A stretch of 248,000 nucleotides of DNA from NCBI GenBank assembly GCA_009859145.1, contig VRVR01000013.1, positions 144,001 to 392,000 on the forward strand, read 5' to 3'. The notes beneath the pieces were generated by a model. It did not search any database and had not been told where the DNA came from. It saw only the letters and a list, made by a program, of their open reading frames with translations. Position 1 is the first letter of the stretch, and each line of letters starts with the position of its first letter. The stretch comes from Andalucia godoyi And28 (taxonomy: Eukaryota > Protista > Jakobida). Made by a program: the position numbers and the translations under genes. Positions 1 to 11,570 of the stretch are shown here, piece after piece.

Positions 1-62
1 CGTCCGCCGGTGGCCCAGGTGCAACAGCCGTTGGTTCCAAATCGTTTGAAGGATTTGCGTCC

Positions 63-1556
63 ATGACAAGACCAGGCAGCTTTACAAACCTCTCGCTCTC
101 TGGGGACAAGGAATCGATCGACTTGTTGTTGTCGCTATCCACGCAAATGTCTGTGCTTTCATCGTATATTTCTTCGTCGCTATCCGTTCTTGTTCCAAAG
201 TCTGATTTTACAACGGACGTTGGGAGATCGCTACGCCGAATCTCTCTCTCGCAGGATCCTTCTGCGTCGGCATCGTATTTGCCAATGACACCGTCCTCGA
301 TGAATTCCGTTGTGCATATGTTTCCCCACAACATGGGCATTTCTCATCATGGCTACAGCTCCAGTGTTCAACATAATATCAGTAGCGGTACTGCCGCAGA
401 AGCAATGACAACTGCTCAGCTTTTGGGAGGGCCTCCTGCTTCCACGGGGCCTGATGCTTCGTTCTTGTCTTCCTCGTCGCACTCGTCTTCCTCGGTGTCA
501 TCGACAGATGAGGTTATGGCGTCGCTGCACATGGATTCCGAACAAGCGGCGACTGAAAAATACCCGTCGGATTCTGGCTCCGCTTCCTCCCCCGCGACTG
601 TCCGGTCACAAAACTCTTCTGTGGTGTCGTCTAACTATTCAAAGTCGTCATTCAGTTCCGGATCAGGTGCAGGTTCCGACTCCGGTTCTGGCTCCAGGCA
701 TCCGTCTGGTTCTTCCAGCACTCAATATGGTACCAGCTTTGCAGAGTTGCATAATGCGGCTACCCCGGCCTCTGTGCTGCACGACTCCAACAGCAAAAGT
801 AGTTTGCGCCGCGGTTCTTCTGTTGCAGTTGTCGTCGACGCGTCTGGTTCTGAAGATGGGAGACCCCTGGAAGATCCGAGCAAGGGACTCGGTAGCGAGG
901 GTGGGGCAGGCGGGTCTGTGCTCGAGTTACCGGACCACACCCACATAAGTCTTCCTGGAAACCAGTTCTTGTTAGCAAACGGCACGGCACTCCGTTTGGA
1001 GCTTGATCCTATTACAGAAAGGCCCTCCCGTCCATCCGCTCTTGCAAAGCAAAACAATACGTGTCCCGGCTGTGGCTGCTCCATTGGCGATGGGCGCATC
1101 TTCTCATCAAAGGCCCGCATGTGCGAATACACAAATCTGCTGTTTTGTCGCAAATGCCATTTGAACAGCAAGTCTATTATTCCGTGGAAGGTGCTTCATC
1201 AGTGGAGCGTGGAAGAGTGTTTTGTTTCCGAGATTGCATTGCACTTTCTGGAATCGGTTTGGTCGCACCCCATTATTTGTGTTTCTGCGATCAACCCGCT
1301 CTTGTTCGAGCGTGAATCGGTGATGCGCGAGGTCCGCAGACTGCGCCTTCGACTGTGCGAAATTTGCGAAAAGTACCCAGAGTCATTGACGAAGAGCGTC
1401 ATGGACGCACTGCTTGGAAATCGTGTGTATATGACGCACGACACGGAGCTCTTCTCGCTCTCGGATCTCGAGTCGATTCACAAGAACCCAACGATCGTCT
1501 TGCAAGAACTTCGCGATGCCTATACCCTCTCCAAGACACGTCTGGAGTCCACTTGA
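63..1556 (+). CDS. Rubicon-homology (RH/DUF4206) domain protein, PLEKHM1/DEF8-like
   Basis: C-terminal CxxC..ARMCEYTNLLFCRKCH..IPWKVLHQW..VS zinc-binding pattern. Confidence 0.7.
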   Translation: MTRPGSFTNLSLSGDKESIDLLLSLSTQMSVLSSYISSSLSVLVPKSDFTTDVGRSLRRISLSQDPSASASYLPMTPSSMNSVVHMFPHNMGISHHGYSSSVQHNISSGTAAEAMTTAQLLGGPPASTGPDASFLSSSSHSSSSVSSTDEVMASLHMDSEQAATEKYPSDSGSASSPATVRSQNSSVVSSNYSKSSFSSGSGAGSDSGSGSRHPSGSSSTQYGTSFAELHNAATPASVLHDSNSKSSLRRGSSVAVVVDASGSEDGRPLEDPSKGLGSEGGAGGSVLELPDHTHISLPGNQFLLANGTALRLELDPITERPSRPSALAKQNNTCPGCGCSIGDGRIFSSKARMCEYTNLLFCRKCHLNSKSIIPWKVLHQWSVEECFVSEIALHFLESVWSHPIICVSAINPLLFERESVMREVRRLRLRLCEICEKYPESLTKSVMDALLGNRVYMTHDTELFSLSDLESIHKNPTIVLQELRDAYTLSKTRLEST

Positions 1557-1867
1557 TCCCGCTGATTTCTCAGTGGGCTTGCTGAACCTGGCTCGCTTGC
1601 GAGATTCCTTCTGGCGATTATTTTTGTTCGGATCTCAACAGTCCTTTTTTTTTCCATTCCGCCCCAGAGTGTTCTTCCTGCAGCGGTTGTGAGACCACAC
1701 ACACATACATATACACGTGCACATTCTCACGCACACACATTCATTGCAAGATTTGTGCTGTATATAGTATGACCCCTTTTGTTTTTCAAAAATAAAAATT
1801 AAATAAATAAATAAAAAACGAGCTGAATGGCGCTGCTGCAGTTGACTAATTTAGTATTCTTGTTTTA

Positions 1868-3529
1868 TTATTCAATGTTCACTCCGACAAGTCTCCGGAT
1901 AGTATCGCGAGTCTTGTCTGGGACCTGAGCCCACGCCAGCCCCGTTCCTTCTTCCACGGCCGAGATATATGCCGCGATGCACTCCTTGATGGCCCACAAG
2001 ACATTGTCGGAACCCGCCCACCGCTCTGCAAGATCGTCCAGCCGAATTTCTTCTTGCGTCGACAAGAGCACTGCATACACAGCTGTTGCACCAAGCTCCC
2101 GTAGCCCCCACAACGCCCCCACAACCATCCCCTCTCGAACATCCTCCGCCTTGGCAGCCAACTCTCCCTTTTCCGAAAGACACTCCTTGAGCGCCTTGAC
2201 ATACGTGGACGCCACCCGCCCAACCAATGCCTCATACAGCCCTCCGTATCTTCTGCAAACATACCCCGTCACCTTCGCAGCTTCTTTGCGCAGCGCGGAT
2301 CCTTGCGAAGTGGCAAGCGGAATGTTGACCGACAAAACCAGCGAAATGAGCGCAGGACACAACTGATGCAAATACAACTCGACGGCCAAACTCTGGTTTG
2401 AGCATACTGACCGAATCAATCCAAGAGCGTTCTGGAGCTGCGCTAATCGCACCGTCATTGATGGATTTGACGCCCCATTCGCAACCATTGTTTGCCCAAA
2501 GAACGACAAGGACAACTGGACCGTCTCGACAATATTTCGCACAAGATACGGCAGTGCGGGTGCGACGCCCTCTGCCGTGGCCACTGCATGCAATGCAGCC
2601 GTTCTTGCCTCCTCTGCATCCTTTCCAGACGACGCCACCGAGTCCGCAAGTGCCTTGAAAACTGCCTCCAGCCACTGCCGATGCTCCACACTCAAAACAT
2701 CACCCACTCGAGCCTTGATCACAATGCGGTCCTCCGCGTTTGGGCCACTTGCCGAGCCCTGGCTTGCGGTTCCATTTGCACTCACACTTGTGGGATTCGC
2801 TGCTTGTGATCTTCTCGAGCCACGCCGCCCTGGCGTGTTCCTTCCTCCAGCAACAGCGGAAGCAGTCGACACCGATCCAGACGCTCCTGGCCCTGCAGAT
2901 GTCGATGCGGATACCGCAGAGGCTCCTGCAACCATGGAAGATTCCTGCAGGGTATTCGAGTTTGCGAACGACTGCAGGCTTGCGGCGGACGGGTTCTGTG
3001 GAATTCGAGGCTGCACGCCTTCGACCGCCAGCCAATGCGATGCAACGGTAATTTTTCGATTCATGGACGGCGGAACACGGACCGTCAGCGACGATGACAA
3101 CGGAACAATCGGGTCTTCCACATAGAACAAGCCTCCGCCAGTCGTGCCCGGGACTCTGATAAAGTCTCCATAATGCCGCACACTTGCAATTTTTGTTCTG
3201 TCATTCTTGGATTGCACTGTCGGTGGTGCAGACGCCGTGGCCGAACCCAATGTTTGGAACGCTGGCTTGTCAATCCCAATTCGTTCGCGCGCTGTGAAAT
3301 CTGGGGTTGTCAGTGGATCCACATTCTTGGCTCTTATCGCCGAGGAAATGTCTGCTGGCAGAAGAACTCTGCGCTTCGATGCGCGCATCCGCTTCATCGC
3401 GTCGGACAGAAGATCGCGAACTCGGAACTCAACATCTGGCGCAATTCGACGTGCGATTTCATCATCAAGAGACGGGATTCCAGACTGCTGAGCAATCACT
3501 TGGATAATGTCCTTCGGCAGATACGACAT
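1868..3529 (-). CDS. TAF6: TFIID subunit 6
   Basis: N-terminal histone fold (IAQQSGI..DVEFRVRD..AMKRMRASKR), HWLAVEGVQPRIPQN, HEAT C-terminus. Confidence 0.9.
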   Translation of the reverse strand: MSYLPKDIIQVIAQQSGIPSLDDEIARRIAPDVEFRVRDLLSDAMKRMRASKRRVLLPADISSAIRAKNVDPLTTPDFTARERIGIDKPAFQTLGSATASAPPTVQSKNDRTKIASVRHYGDFIRVPGTTGGGLFYVEDPIVPLSSSLTVRVPPSMNRKITVASHWLAVEGVQPRIPQNPSAASLQSFANSNTLQESSMVAGASAVSASTSAGPGASGSVSTASAVAGGRNTPGRRGSRRSQAANPTSVSANGTASQGSASGPNAEDRIVIKARVGDVLSVEHRQWLEAVFKALADSVASSGKDAEEARTAALHAVATAEGVAPALPYLVRNIVETVQLSLSFFGQTMVANGASNPSMTVRLAQLQNALGLIRSVCSNQSLAVELYLHQLCPALISLVLSVNIPLATSQGSALRKEAAKVTGYVCRRYGGLYEALVGRVASTYVKALKECLSEKGELAAKAEDVREGMVVGALWGLRELGATAVYAVLLSTQEEIRLDDLAERWAGSDNVLWAIKECIAAYISAVEEGTGLAWAQVPDKTRDTIRRLVGVNIE

Positions 3530-3814
3530 GACTTTCCTCTGTGCTTTCTCGTCTAATCACCAAACAAAAATCTCAGACCTTACTTTAAGTAATAAAACAG
3601 ATGAACAATCAGAGAACAACTACTACTGCTGCTGCTGCTGCTGCTGCTACTACTGCTACTGCCACTGCCACTGCTACTGCGAAATGAACAAAACGAACAA
3701 AAAGAAAAAAGAAGTCGGTGCGGAAACCAAGACGTCTTGTCTTTAGAGAGAAAACCCAATGAAAAAAAATACACACATAGTAAAGAAGTTAAAAGAATAG
3801 CAAAAAGGAAGCTT

Positions 3815-3887
3815 GGGAACTGCCGGGAATCGAACCCGGGACCTCTCCGACCCTAACGGAGAATCATACCAACTAGACTACAGTTCC
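3815..3887 (-). tRNA. tRNA-Pro(AGG)
   Basis: Cloverleaf: acceptor GGAACTG/CAGTTCC, anticodon arm CTCCG-TTAGGGT-CGGAG, TTCGATT T-loop, downstream T-run. Confidence 0.9.
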
Positions 3888-4102
3888 AAAGGCGAGGTTT
3901 CTAAGACTGCAGATTCAACATCTAAAAAGTCAAAACAGAAAATATTAAATAAAAGCACTGTTGTGTTCATATTCTGATGTGTTTACCTTCTATTTGGGGC
4001 ACCACGTTGCTACGCTGCGCCACACGTTGTCGGTTTATCCTTTTCGTCTTCTTCATCTTGTCTTGTTTTTTCCGGACCCTTATCGTCACCGACCGTGGGC
4101 CG

Positions 4103-4668
4103 TTGAATAATGACACGTCGTTGTCATGCATACGGGGGAATACACATAAACAGACACGGTCAATACTGGCCGACACCAGCACGTTTTGTTTCACAAGGAA
4201 TTCGTGCTTACGCACGCTCGGCCAAAATTCAGCCGGTGACACAGGCTCCGTATTTTCGACACTCTTGAACGCAGCATCCGTAGCCATCTATTCTATCATT
4301 CGTTGGTTTGGTTTTTTGGTTTCACTTTTTTATCCAAATATGGGCATGGGTGCGCTGGGATGACGCGTTCGCCTGCGCCTACGCCGCTCGATGCAGGGCC
4401 TCCTAGGTCCCGCAGACCTCCTAAGAGACCACGTGTCACTACGCCTGCTGCTTGGGCCGTCAGAATCAAAATGCACCCTTCTCAGGAGGAACGTGCCACG
4501 CTGAGAAAGTGGCTCACAGATTGATCGAGACTGGGAACGGAGCGCGGAACATTTATCTGAAGACCGCCGTGAGGCGTGTTGGGGCCTGTCCCCTCCCTGG
4601 CAACGGGATGCAGGATTGAATATGCATGTCCATTCGTAGATATGCATGTTCAGTGCATAATGCAGGCG
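4103..4668 (+). mobile_element. Family A1 copy 1: miniature IS607/Fanzor2 element
   Basis: HTH fragment AVRIKMHPSQEERATLRKWLT joined to DRDW/NGARNIYLK; UUCG hairpin; homologous to three other copies. Confidence 0.8.
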
Positions 4669-4860
4669 TGCTGCTTTGTGCGATAAAATAAATAGTAGTT
4701 TATTTGATGTTTTTTAAGAGCACTCTTTATTGCAAAACCACCACATCGGTGTGCGCCATCTGACGAGCCCATCGAGAAACAGTCCACGGATTTCGAGCCA
4801 ATCGACGCGTACTGCACGACGAACAAAATGTTGCGGCTGTGGAAATGACCTTGTATTACC

Positions 4861-4990
4861 TTTATTTCGGTTTTGTCAGCATCCAAAGAGGGTGCGCATG
4901 AGGATGCTTGCGAATCCAGCGACACGCCGTTCCTGTGTCACCAGATATTCCTAATGCAAGCGAGTTGGAGTCTTGAACAGCGCGTCCGTG
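4861..4990 (+). mobile_element. Family B (Fanzor1-like) 3' fragment
   Basis: Matches 150340-150600 (ccaaagagggtgcgcatgaggatgct; caagcgagttggagtct). Confidence 0.5.
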
Positions 4991-5144
4991 GAAGGTGAGT
5001 ATGCGAGGACTATATGTCAGGTTCTGCCGGACATTTCACGACCGTTCCCCGGATTCTATGCATGGATTGAAATGGGTGTGCTCTAAAGGAATGAACAGCA
5101 CAGAGAGACAGAGAGACAGAGAGACAGAGAGAGAGAGAGAGAGA

Positions 5145-5187
<43 letters not shown>

Positions 5188-5200
5188 GGACGGGTAACAC

Positions 5201-6328
5201 ATGGTCCAAAGAAGTGGATTACTGTTTTTCCACGGTGCATTCGTTGGAGAGCGAGCCGAAGTTCCGAGCGATAATGCGTTCGCGATTCCTCTTACGAACG
5301 CAGTCAAACTAGTTCCTGAAAAGGTCACTGTCTCTGTCACTTATACAGATGATGCTGTTCATAGCTGCATTCGGACGGTGTTTCGCATTCCCACGGCTCC
5401 TGCAGTCCTTTCCGATGCAAAATCGCTGCTGTTTGTGTTTGACGGCTCCCTAATTCCAAAGTATGAGGCAATGTCGTTCTGCGGCGAAATTGAAAACCCG
5501 ACACATCTGACGAAGAAGGAGAAGGAGAAGGAGAAGGAGAATAACAATGGCCGTGATGATGAGGCTGCTGATCGGGTTGGTGATGCTCACGTAAGAAGGC
5601 ATGTGAAATGGTTTGGCCTTCGTGGAGAATGGATCGACAGAAGAGAGTGGACCGATTCGCCATATGCAGAAATTATGTTTCCGGACGTTTTAGAAGCTTT
5701 GCGCGAGGAAAGGCCATTGGTGAAGACTGACGCGCCGCAGAACGACGCTTTGAATGCGCTGAGCAATGCAGTGTATGTGGGATGTGTACCAATGTCTGCA
5801 GCGGTTCGAGACCAGTTGCTGCAAAGCGACGGGAACTTTGCGTTCATTGTAAAGTACAGGAGCAAGCCAAGGAAGCTCAAGCCAACTAGTACCTCAGGCT
5901 GCAGCTACTTGTCATGGTCGTTTCCTCTCCGGGCCTGTTTGGACATTCCTGCTGAGTTTGTATGTCAAGTCTCCACCGCAAGGGCAATATCACAAATAGC
6001 GTCGTCCACGCATCCAAGCGCTCTCCATCCCCTTGTGACTGGGAACAAGGCGCTTTTTCGCCTGTCGAAGCAAACAATCGCGCATTCGACGGGGTTTTTC
6101 AAACAAAAGGTTTCAAAGGTTAATATTGCCGTGAACTTTGGTACTCCTCTTAATGCATCGATTGCCGAATGGTTTCCAATGCTGCTTGCCATTGCGTTTC
6201 TTGCGTGTCTCGTGTGGGCGCTGCACACAAGGCTCGTGGAAGGGTCACATCCATCACCACGAAGATCGTTCGCACGCAGCGGCCTCGACGGGTTCGACGT
6301 TGGCGATGATGATTTGCATGAATTGTAA
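5201..6328 (+). CDS. Membrane protein of unknown function (possibly PIG-X/PBN1-like)
   Basis: 375-aa ORF with one C-terminal TM segment; family call weak. Confidence 0.4.
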   Translation: MVQRSGLLFFHGAFVGERAEVPSDNAFAIPLTNAVKLVPEKVTVSVTYTDDAVHSCIRTVFRIPTAPAVLSDAKSLLFVFDGSLIPKYEAMSFCGEIENPTHLTKKEKEKEKENNNGRDDEAADRVGDAHVRRHVKWFGLRGEWIDRREWTDSPYAEIMFPDVLEALREERPLVKTDAPQNDALNALSNAVYVGCVPMSAAVRDQLLQSDGNFAFIVKYRSKPRKLKPTSTSGCSYLSWSFPLRACLDIPAEFVCQVSTARAISQIASSTHPSALHPLVTGNKALFRLSKQTIAHSTGFFKQKVSKVNIAVNFGTPLNASIAEWFPMLLAIAFLACLVWALHTRLVEGSHPSPRRSFARSGLDGFDVGDDDLHEL

Positions 6329-6533
6329 ATACGTCATCTGCAGAAGAAAAAAGAACTGATGTGTTGCATGAAACTTTTATGCGCACAACCAAACCACAAA
6401 GGCACTCTGGTCTTTTTTTCTTTCTTTCTTTTTAAAACAGGAAGAAAAAGCAGACCGACAAACAAACAAATCTGGACGCAAAAACAAACAAACAAACAAA
6501 CGCCAACGGGAAAGGAGAGTGCACCATAAATTT

Positions 6534-6542
<9 letters not shown>

Positions 6543-6614
<72 letters not shown>
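6543..6614. repeat. (GA)n microsatellite
   Basis: Direct reading. Confidence 0.95.
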
Positions 6615-6617
<3 letters not shown>

Positions 6618-6625
6618 GCATCTCT

Positions 6626-8308
6626 TTAAAAATTGTACCCAAGAGAGTCCCAGAAATCGCACTGAGACTTGTAGTACTGCTGGGAAATGTGCGAGCCCTG
6701 ACCTGCAGTAGTAAATGTGGACTGTAAGAGCGTTTGGGAATCAAACTGGGGCCACTGGAACGGAGTCTTGCTACCCGCATTGGGATCCCCAACAGATCCG
6801 ATGTACTGGCCCCAAAACTTGTTCATGACATCGCCAAGGACCACCTCGGCAGGAGTGTATTCGAAACCTTCAAGTCCGTCAAGATTGAAGACGAAGGGTA
6901 GCTCCGAGCCATGGCACGTATAATTGACGCAGTACGCATAGTTGGGACCCCATGGATCGAACGACAGCACATGATCAAAATTGTAGAAGAAGACTGGGGC
7001 ACCGTTGGCTGCAGCCTTGTACGCCATCTGTCTGGATGGACATACGAAAAGGTAGTCCGTGATGAGAACAGCCAATGTTCCCCGGCAGTCCTCGAGTGTC
7101 CAATCCCATTTGCAAGACGGATACTGCTTGATCACCAAGTCGTACTTTGACTCGAAAATCACTTTAATGAGTGCATCGTAGGCGATGTCAGGCAAATGAT
7201 GCGCAAATCCGCCAAACGAAAACATGATCCCTTCATCTGCATTCGTCCCCATCAGAATAGGCATCTTCTGGAACTTACCTTGCTCAAACAAGTCGACGGG
7301 CTGCCCCATGACATTCGAACCATCCACCACGGGCGAGTAGTACAACGCATACGACAATGAAAAATTGAAAACATCCGGAAGCTTGAACACCGCCTGCTCT
7401 GCGTTCAAGATGTCATCCATGCTCTTTGACCGCAAGCAGGCCTCGTCTGCTCCTTTGCATCCCATCTTATCGGCAAGCAAATTTCCGTACTGAATGGCTT
7501 CGTCTATGGTCTTGTAGAGCACAGCAGCGGGATTCGACTCCATGACTGCCGCATGGAACAGCCCAACGGACAACGGGGAAGTCAAGTGCAGTGCAACGCT
7601 CATGGCACCAGCCGACTCTCCAGACAGGGTAATTCGATCAGGGTCTCCACCAAAGTATTCAATGTTCTTCTGGACCCACAGCAAAGCCATGCGCTGATCC
7701 TCCAGTCCATAGTTGCCGTGGTTCAGCGACTCGGTCACAATAAATCCCGTCGCACCGACTCTGTAATTCACAATCACAGACACCACGTCATGATCTTCGG
7801 CAAAAATTTGGCCTCCATAAAGCCCCGTCATTGCCGAGCCCTGCGAGAAGGCCCCCCCAGGTAGGAACACATACACAGGCTTCAAGTTCTTGGACCCCTT
7901 TTCGCCCCCGAGCGACGACACTGGAGAGAAGACATTCAGATACAAGCAATCCTCCGATACCGTGTCTGGGCACAGAAACTTTGGGAGATCGCACCGTTGC
8001 GGACAGCCAGGCTTGTACGCATCAGCAGCCCAACGGCCAAACGGCTGCACCTCCACAGGGGATTTCCAGCGAAGGGAGCCAACAGGCGGCGACGCAAATG
8101 GAACTCCAAGAAACTGCGCGGCGGTTGGATACGCAGAATCCACAAATCCGGTTACTTCGCCTAATGGAGTCGATACCGTCACAGGAGTAGTCGATGCCGA
8201 GCACAACACCAAACTCAGCACGACTGCGAACGCGGCACACTGAAGCCGTGACCGCGGGCCGCGGGATCTCGAAATCATCAGAACTATCCAAGATACGAAG
8301 CCGCGCAA
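6626..8308 (-). CDS. Secreted type-B carboxylesterase/cholinesterase-like
   Basis: Signal peptide, FLGVPFA, EDCLYLNVF, GESAG nucleophile, HGSEL. Confidence 0.92.
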   Translation of the reverse strand: MRGFVSWIVLMISRSRGPRSRLQCAAFAVVLSLVLCSASTTPVTVSTPLGEVTGFVDSAYPTAAQFLGVPFASPPVGSLRWKSPVEVQPFGRWAADAYKPGCPQRCDLPKFLCPDTVSEDCLYLNVFSPVSSLGGEKGSKNLKPVYVFLPGGAFSQGSAMTGLYGGQIFAEDHDVVSVIVNYRVGATGFIVTESLNHGNYGLEDQRMALLWVQKNIEYFGGDPDRITLSGESAGAMSVALHLTSPLSVGLFHAAVMESNPAAVLYKTIDEAIQYGNLLADKMGCKGADEACLRSKSMDDILNAEQAVFKLPDVFNFSLSYALYYSPVVDGSNVMGQPVDLFEQGKFQKMPILMGTNADEGIMFSFGGFAHHLPDIAYDALIKVIFESKYDLVIKQYPSCKWDWTLEDCRGTLAVLITDYLFVCPSRQMAYKAAANGAPVFFYNFDHVLSFDPWGPNYAYCVNYTCHGSELPFVFNLDGLEGFEYTPAEVVLGDVMNKFWGQYIGSVGDPNAGSKTPFQWPQFDSQTLLQSTFTTAGQGSHISQQYYKSQCDFWDSLGYNF

Positions 8309-8908
8309 ACGTGGAATCGAAAGCGTGATATTTCAGGTTTTCTTAATTGAGAATCTGGTCTGATACGAAATGTGGAAAGTATCGTACGGAAGGACGCAAC
8401 CAAAATACGACACCTTGGCAATTTGGCATCCGTCGTCAGTTTGTCGTTGTTGTCGGAAGACTTACAGCAGAAAGAACAGGCAATGAAGAAAAGAACATGG
8501 CCCCGCAGGCGTCGCAGTCTTCGTGTGCGTGACTCATGCAATTGACGATGTTGCAATCTGCAGACAGGTGGACATGCACGGATGGAAGAAAAGGAAACAA
8601 GCATGAAAATCGTGTACCGATAGAAACAGAGAGAGTTAGAAAAAGAAAGAAAGAGAGAAAGAGAGAGAAGATACGACAAATGAAACCAAACATCATTGTA
8701 GCAGAGAATGTACTATACAGAAAAACACACAACGAGACATGAATGAAGGCTCAAAAAGCAACAACACCCCACTTGCAATTTTCCAATTGAACGGCTGACA
8801 ACACCAGGAAAGAAAAGATGCAGTCTTGAAGAAGAAGAAGAAGGAGGAGGAGGAGAAGGAGGAGAAGGAGAAGGAGAAGGAGAAGACGACGAAGACAACT
8901 CGAGTTGA

Positions 8909-9335
8909 CTAAACTTCTCGCTCTGGTTCGACGATTGGATACATTTGCGCCATGTAAATGAACATCCAGATTAGCCACATCGAAACCGTTGCCGCCACAA
9001 CTGACGTTCTCGCAAGACTGATCACATTGTTCAAGTCAATCATTAATAACAACAATACAACCAAAACCAGACAAATTAATATATGTATTTTTTCGATTTT
9101 TTTTTTTTTGAAGATCATCATCAGAATAAAAAGTACGCATCATCATCATGAGGGCTAGCATCATCATCCTCACAACCATCACGACAAATCACAATCTTAA
9201 TCATAAGCATTTTAACAATAACAAAACATACGATTTGTCTTTGCCGCAGCACACCATTGTAGCAAACAGCATGAGGGCTCCCAAAGCGAGAAAGGCGAAT
9301 GAGCCGTAGAGAATTCCGAGGGATGGTACGCCCAT
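8909..9335 (-). CDS. V-ATPase V0 subunit e (2 exons: 9335-9232, 9017-8909)
   Basis: GT-AG splice gives a 70-aa protein with MWLIWMFIYMAQMYPI motif. Confidence 0.75.
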
Positions 9336-9599
9336 TTTCTGTTGTTTTAAAGTAACCACAAAAAAAAAAAAATCAACAACAACAGCAACGAAAAGAAAGC
9401 CGAAAAAATAAATTAAAAAACAGAAACCAAAGCAGCAGAGTGTTAAATGGAAAGGCAAAAAAAAAAAATCGAGAAAATTGCATATGTGCGGAAGGAAATG
9501 TGTTTAGTGTACAGCAACTACGAGCAGTGGGGAACGTCTCTCATAGTACAATCAGCATAGGGCGAATTATGGCTGACCATCCCTAAGCAGTCTTGCATC

Positions 9600-9900
9600 G
9601 ATACCGAATGCGGATAAAATTCAGAATGGGGTGGCAGGCCCCAGTACGCCGAAGCGTTCTTCTGATAGATGTCGCGCGCACCATTCCAATCTGTCGATCC
9701 AGACGTGCCGAACAGGACGGGTCCATCGGAACGACGATGAACGGGCGTGAATGAAAAAAAGGCGAGCGGAATAGCACTGTCTGAAATTTCTGGGTGAGCA
9801 ACGGAAAGTTAAATAAAGAGTGAGCTGTTAGGACAAACAAGTTGGAACATTCGGAAAACGAGATGAGGCTCATTTGCTTGCAGACGGTGAACAATCGCTT
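9600..9900 (-). mobile_element. Degenerate Fanzor2 C-terminal fragment
   Basis: PSCSARLDR/DWNGARDIYQKN followed by gtactggggcctgccaccc, as in A-family 3' regions. Confidence 0.6.
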
Positions 9901-10019
9901 GTGTGCCAACTGCCGAGCGCAGTTCTCGTTTGACTGCCGCTCACGCTCTCACTCTATCTCTTTCTCAGTATCGACGAAGGCACCGTTAGTGACAACAAAA
10001 AAAAAGTCGTGAGAGGGGC

Positions 10020-11384
10020 TCATCTGCCTTCGAGGAAGAAGTTGGGATAGAAAAAGACACCTTGGGAACTTTCGTCTCTGCATAGAACGCACATTTCCTC
10101 GGCAAGCTGTAGATAGTGTTTGGCGACGGGAATGGACATTTTGAGTTCCTTGCTGAGATCGATTTCTGTAATGCATGTGCGTTCTCGCGCAAGCTGAGCA
10201 ATTTTGTGGTTCATGGGCTTTGGGTCAAACGACGCCGACTGCACAACTCGGATTGCAGAATTCGACGAAAAAGACCGAACCGTCAGCTCAATGCCGAGTT
10301 TCGGAAACACCTTGACTGCCTCATCCAAATCTTCGGGCGAAATCATGTCCGTCCCTCTCGCCCTATTGTACATGACATAGACATCGATCAGCGACATCAT
10401 GCCGTGGTTCTTCGGAAGCTGAGCTGCGATAAAATCACCAAGTTGCTTTGCGAGCTCTCTATGGAACCGTTCTCCGGCAACCTGCTTGGTGACTGGGTTC
10501 AGAATACCTGCTGACACAAGCATGCTATCGAACTCACTCTTCTCGGAATCGTCGATGAGCGCAACCCGGTCCGCGAGCTTCACCAGTTCCTCTGCATACT
10601 TCATCAGCGCATCCAAATCAGAAAAGGCCTCCGACAACGAACTCTTCTGCGCCATCGACTGCTTGGTCACCATGTTAATGATACCAGAAATACCAGCAGA
10701 TCGAGACTCGAATCCTCTCTGTACTGTTTGTCGCGAGTTCTTTGCAGACTTTGACGACACCCACTTTTTCTGATTCAGAATCTTGCGTAGCTGAAGCAGA
10801 AACTGGTCTCTGCCGCCGTCCATGGATGACTTCGAACGGAACGAAAGTTTAAAGTACGTTGTAAACAGATCGTCCGATTGCCGAACTCCGGCGTCCGGAC
10901 TGCTGGACAAATCGCTGCTTGACACCGAAACTGGGACTAAATGAAGCGTAAGCTTGGGCGAAGAAAACACCCCAGGAAAGAACCCAGCCTGTGTCTTTAC
11001 GGATGCGACATGCGACAAATGAAGCTGTAATGCTCGTCTCTGACCTTCTTTTTCAAGCCATCTTCCCGACCATTCATCATACATAACACACGTAACGTAT
11101 ATAAAATTAGCATTTGGTATTAAGAGTGGGAAGAAGGGGAAAAAAACCACGAAATGCTCAACCAGCAGTCACGACATTGAATAGAGATGAGTTTGTTTTT
11201 TCTTGAAGAGATCATACAACAAGCGATGTGTACTGAGTATCAGATCTCCGTCGTCGTAATCTGTCGCATCATCTCCATTGTACAATCGAATATGCTTTTC
11301 AATCACCACAATAATTTCGTTTTCTTCGTCCCACAACACAGGCGCAAACGAAGAAGTTACTTCGCATGGTCGCCATCGATCCAT
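10020..11384 (-). CDS. VPS36: ESCRT-II subunit Vps36 (GLUE exon plus EAP30 domain, one intron)
   Basis: LILSTHRL GLUE start; AFSDLDALM, YNRARGTDMISPEDL. Confidence 0.85.
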
Positions 11385-11570
11385 TCTTCTTTTTTGTGGT
11401 GTTATGCTGCGTATCTGCTTTGCGTTCATTAACAAACAGAAAAAAACAGAAGAAAAAAACACGAGCGCTCGACTCCAGAAACCCTCGTTGGACAGAAAAG
11501 GGTTTCCCGGACTGCTGGGTCGGGTCGTGTGCGGCGTGCTGATGATGCGGCATCATGTTTTGTGGGTTTC

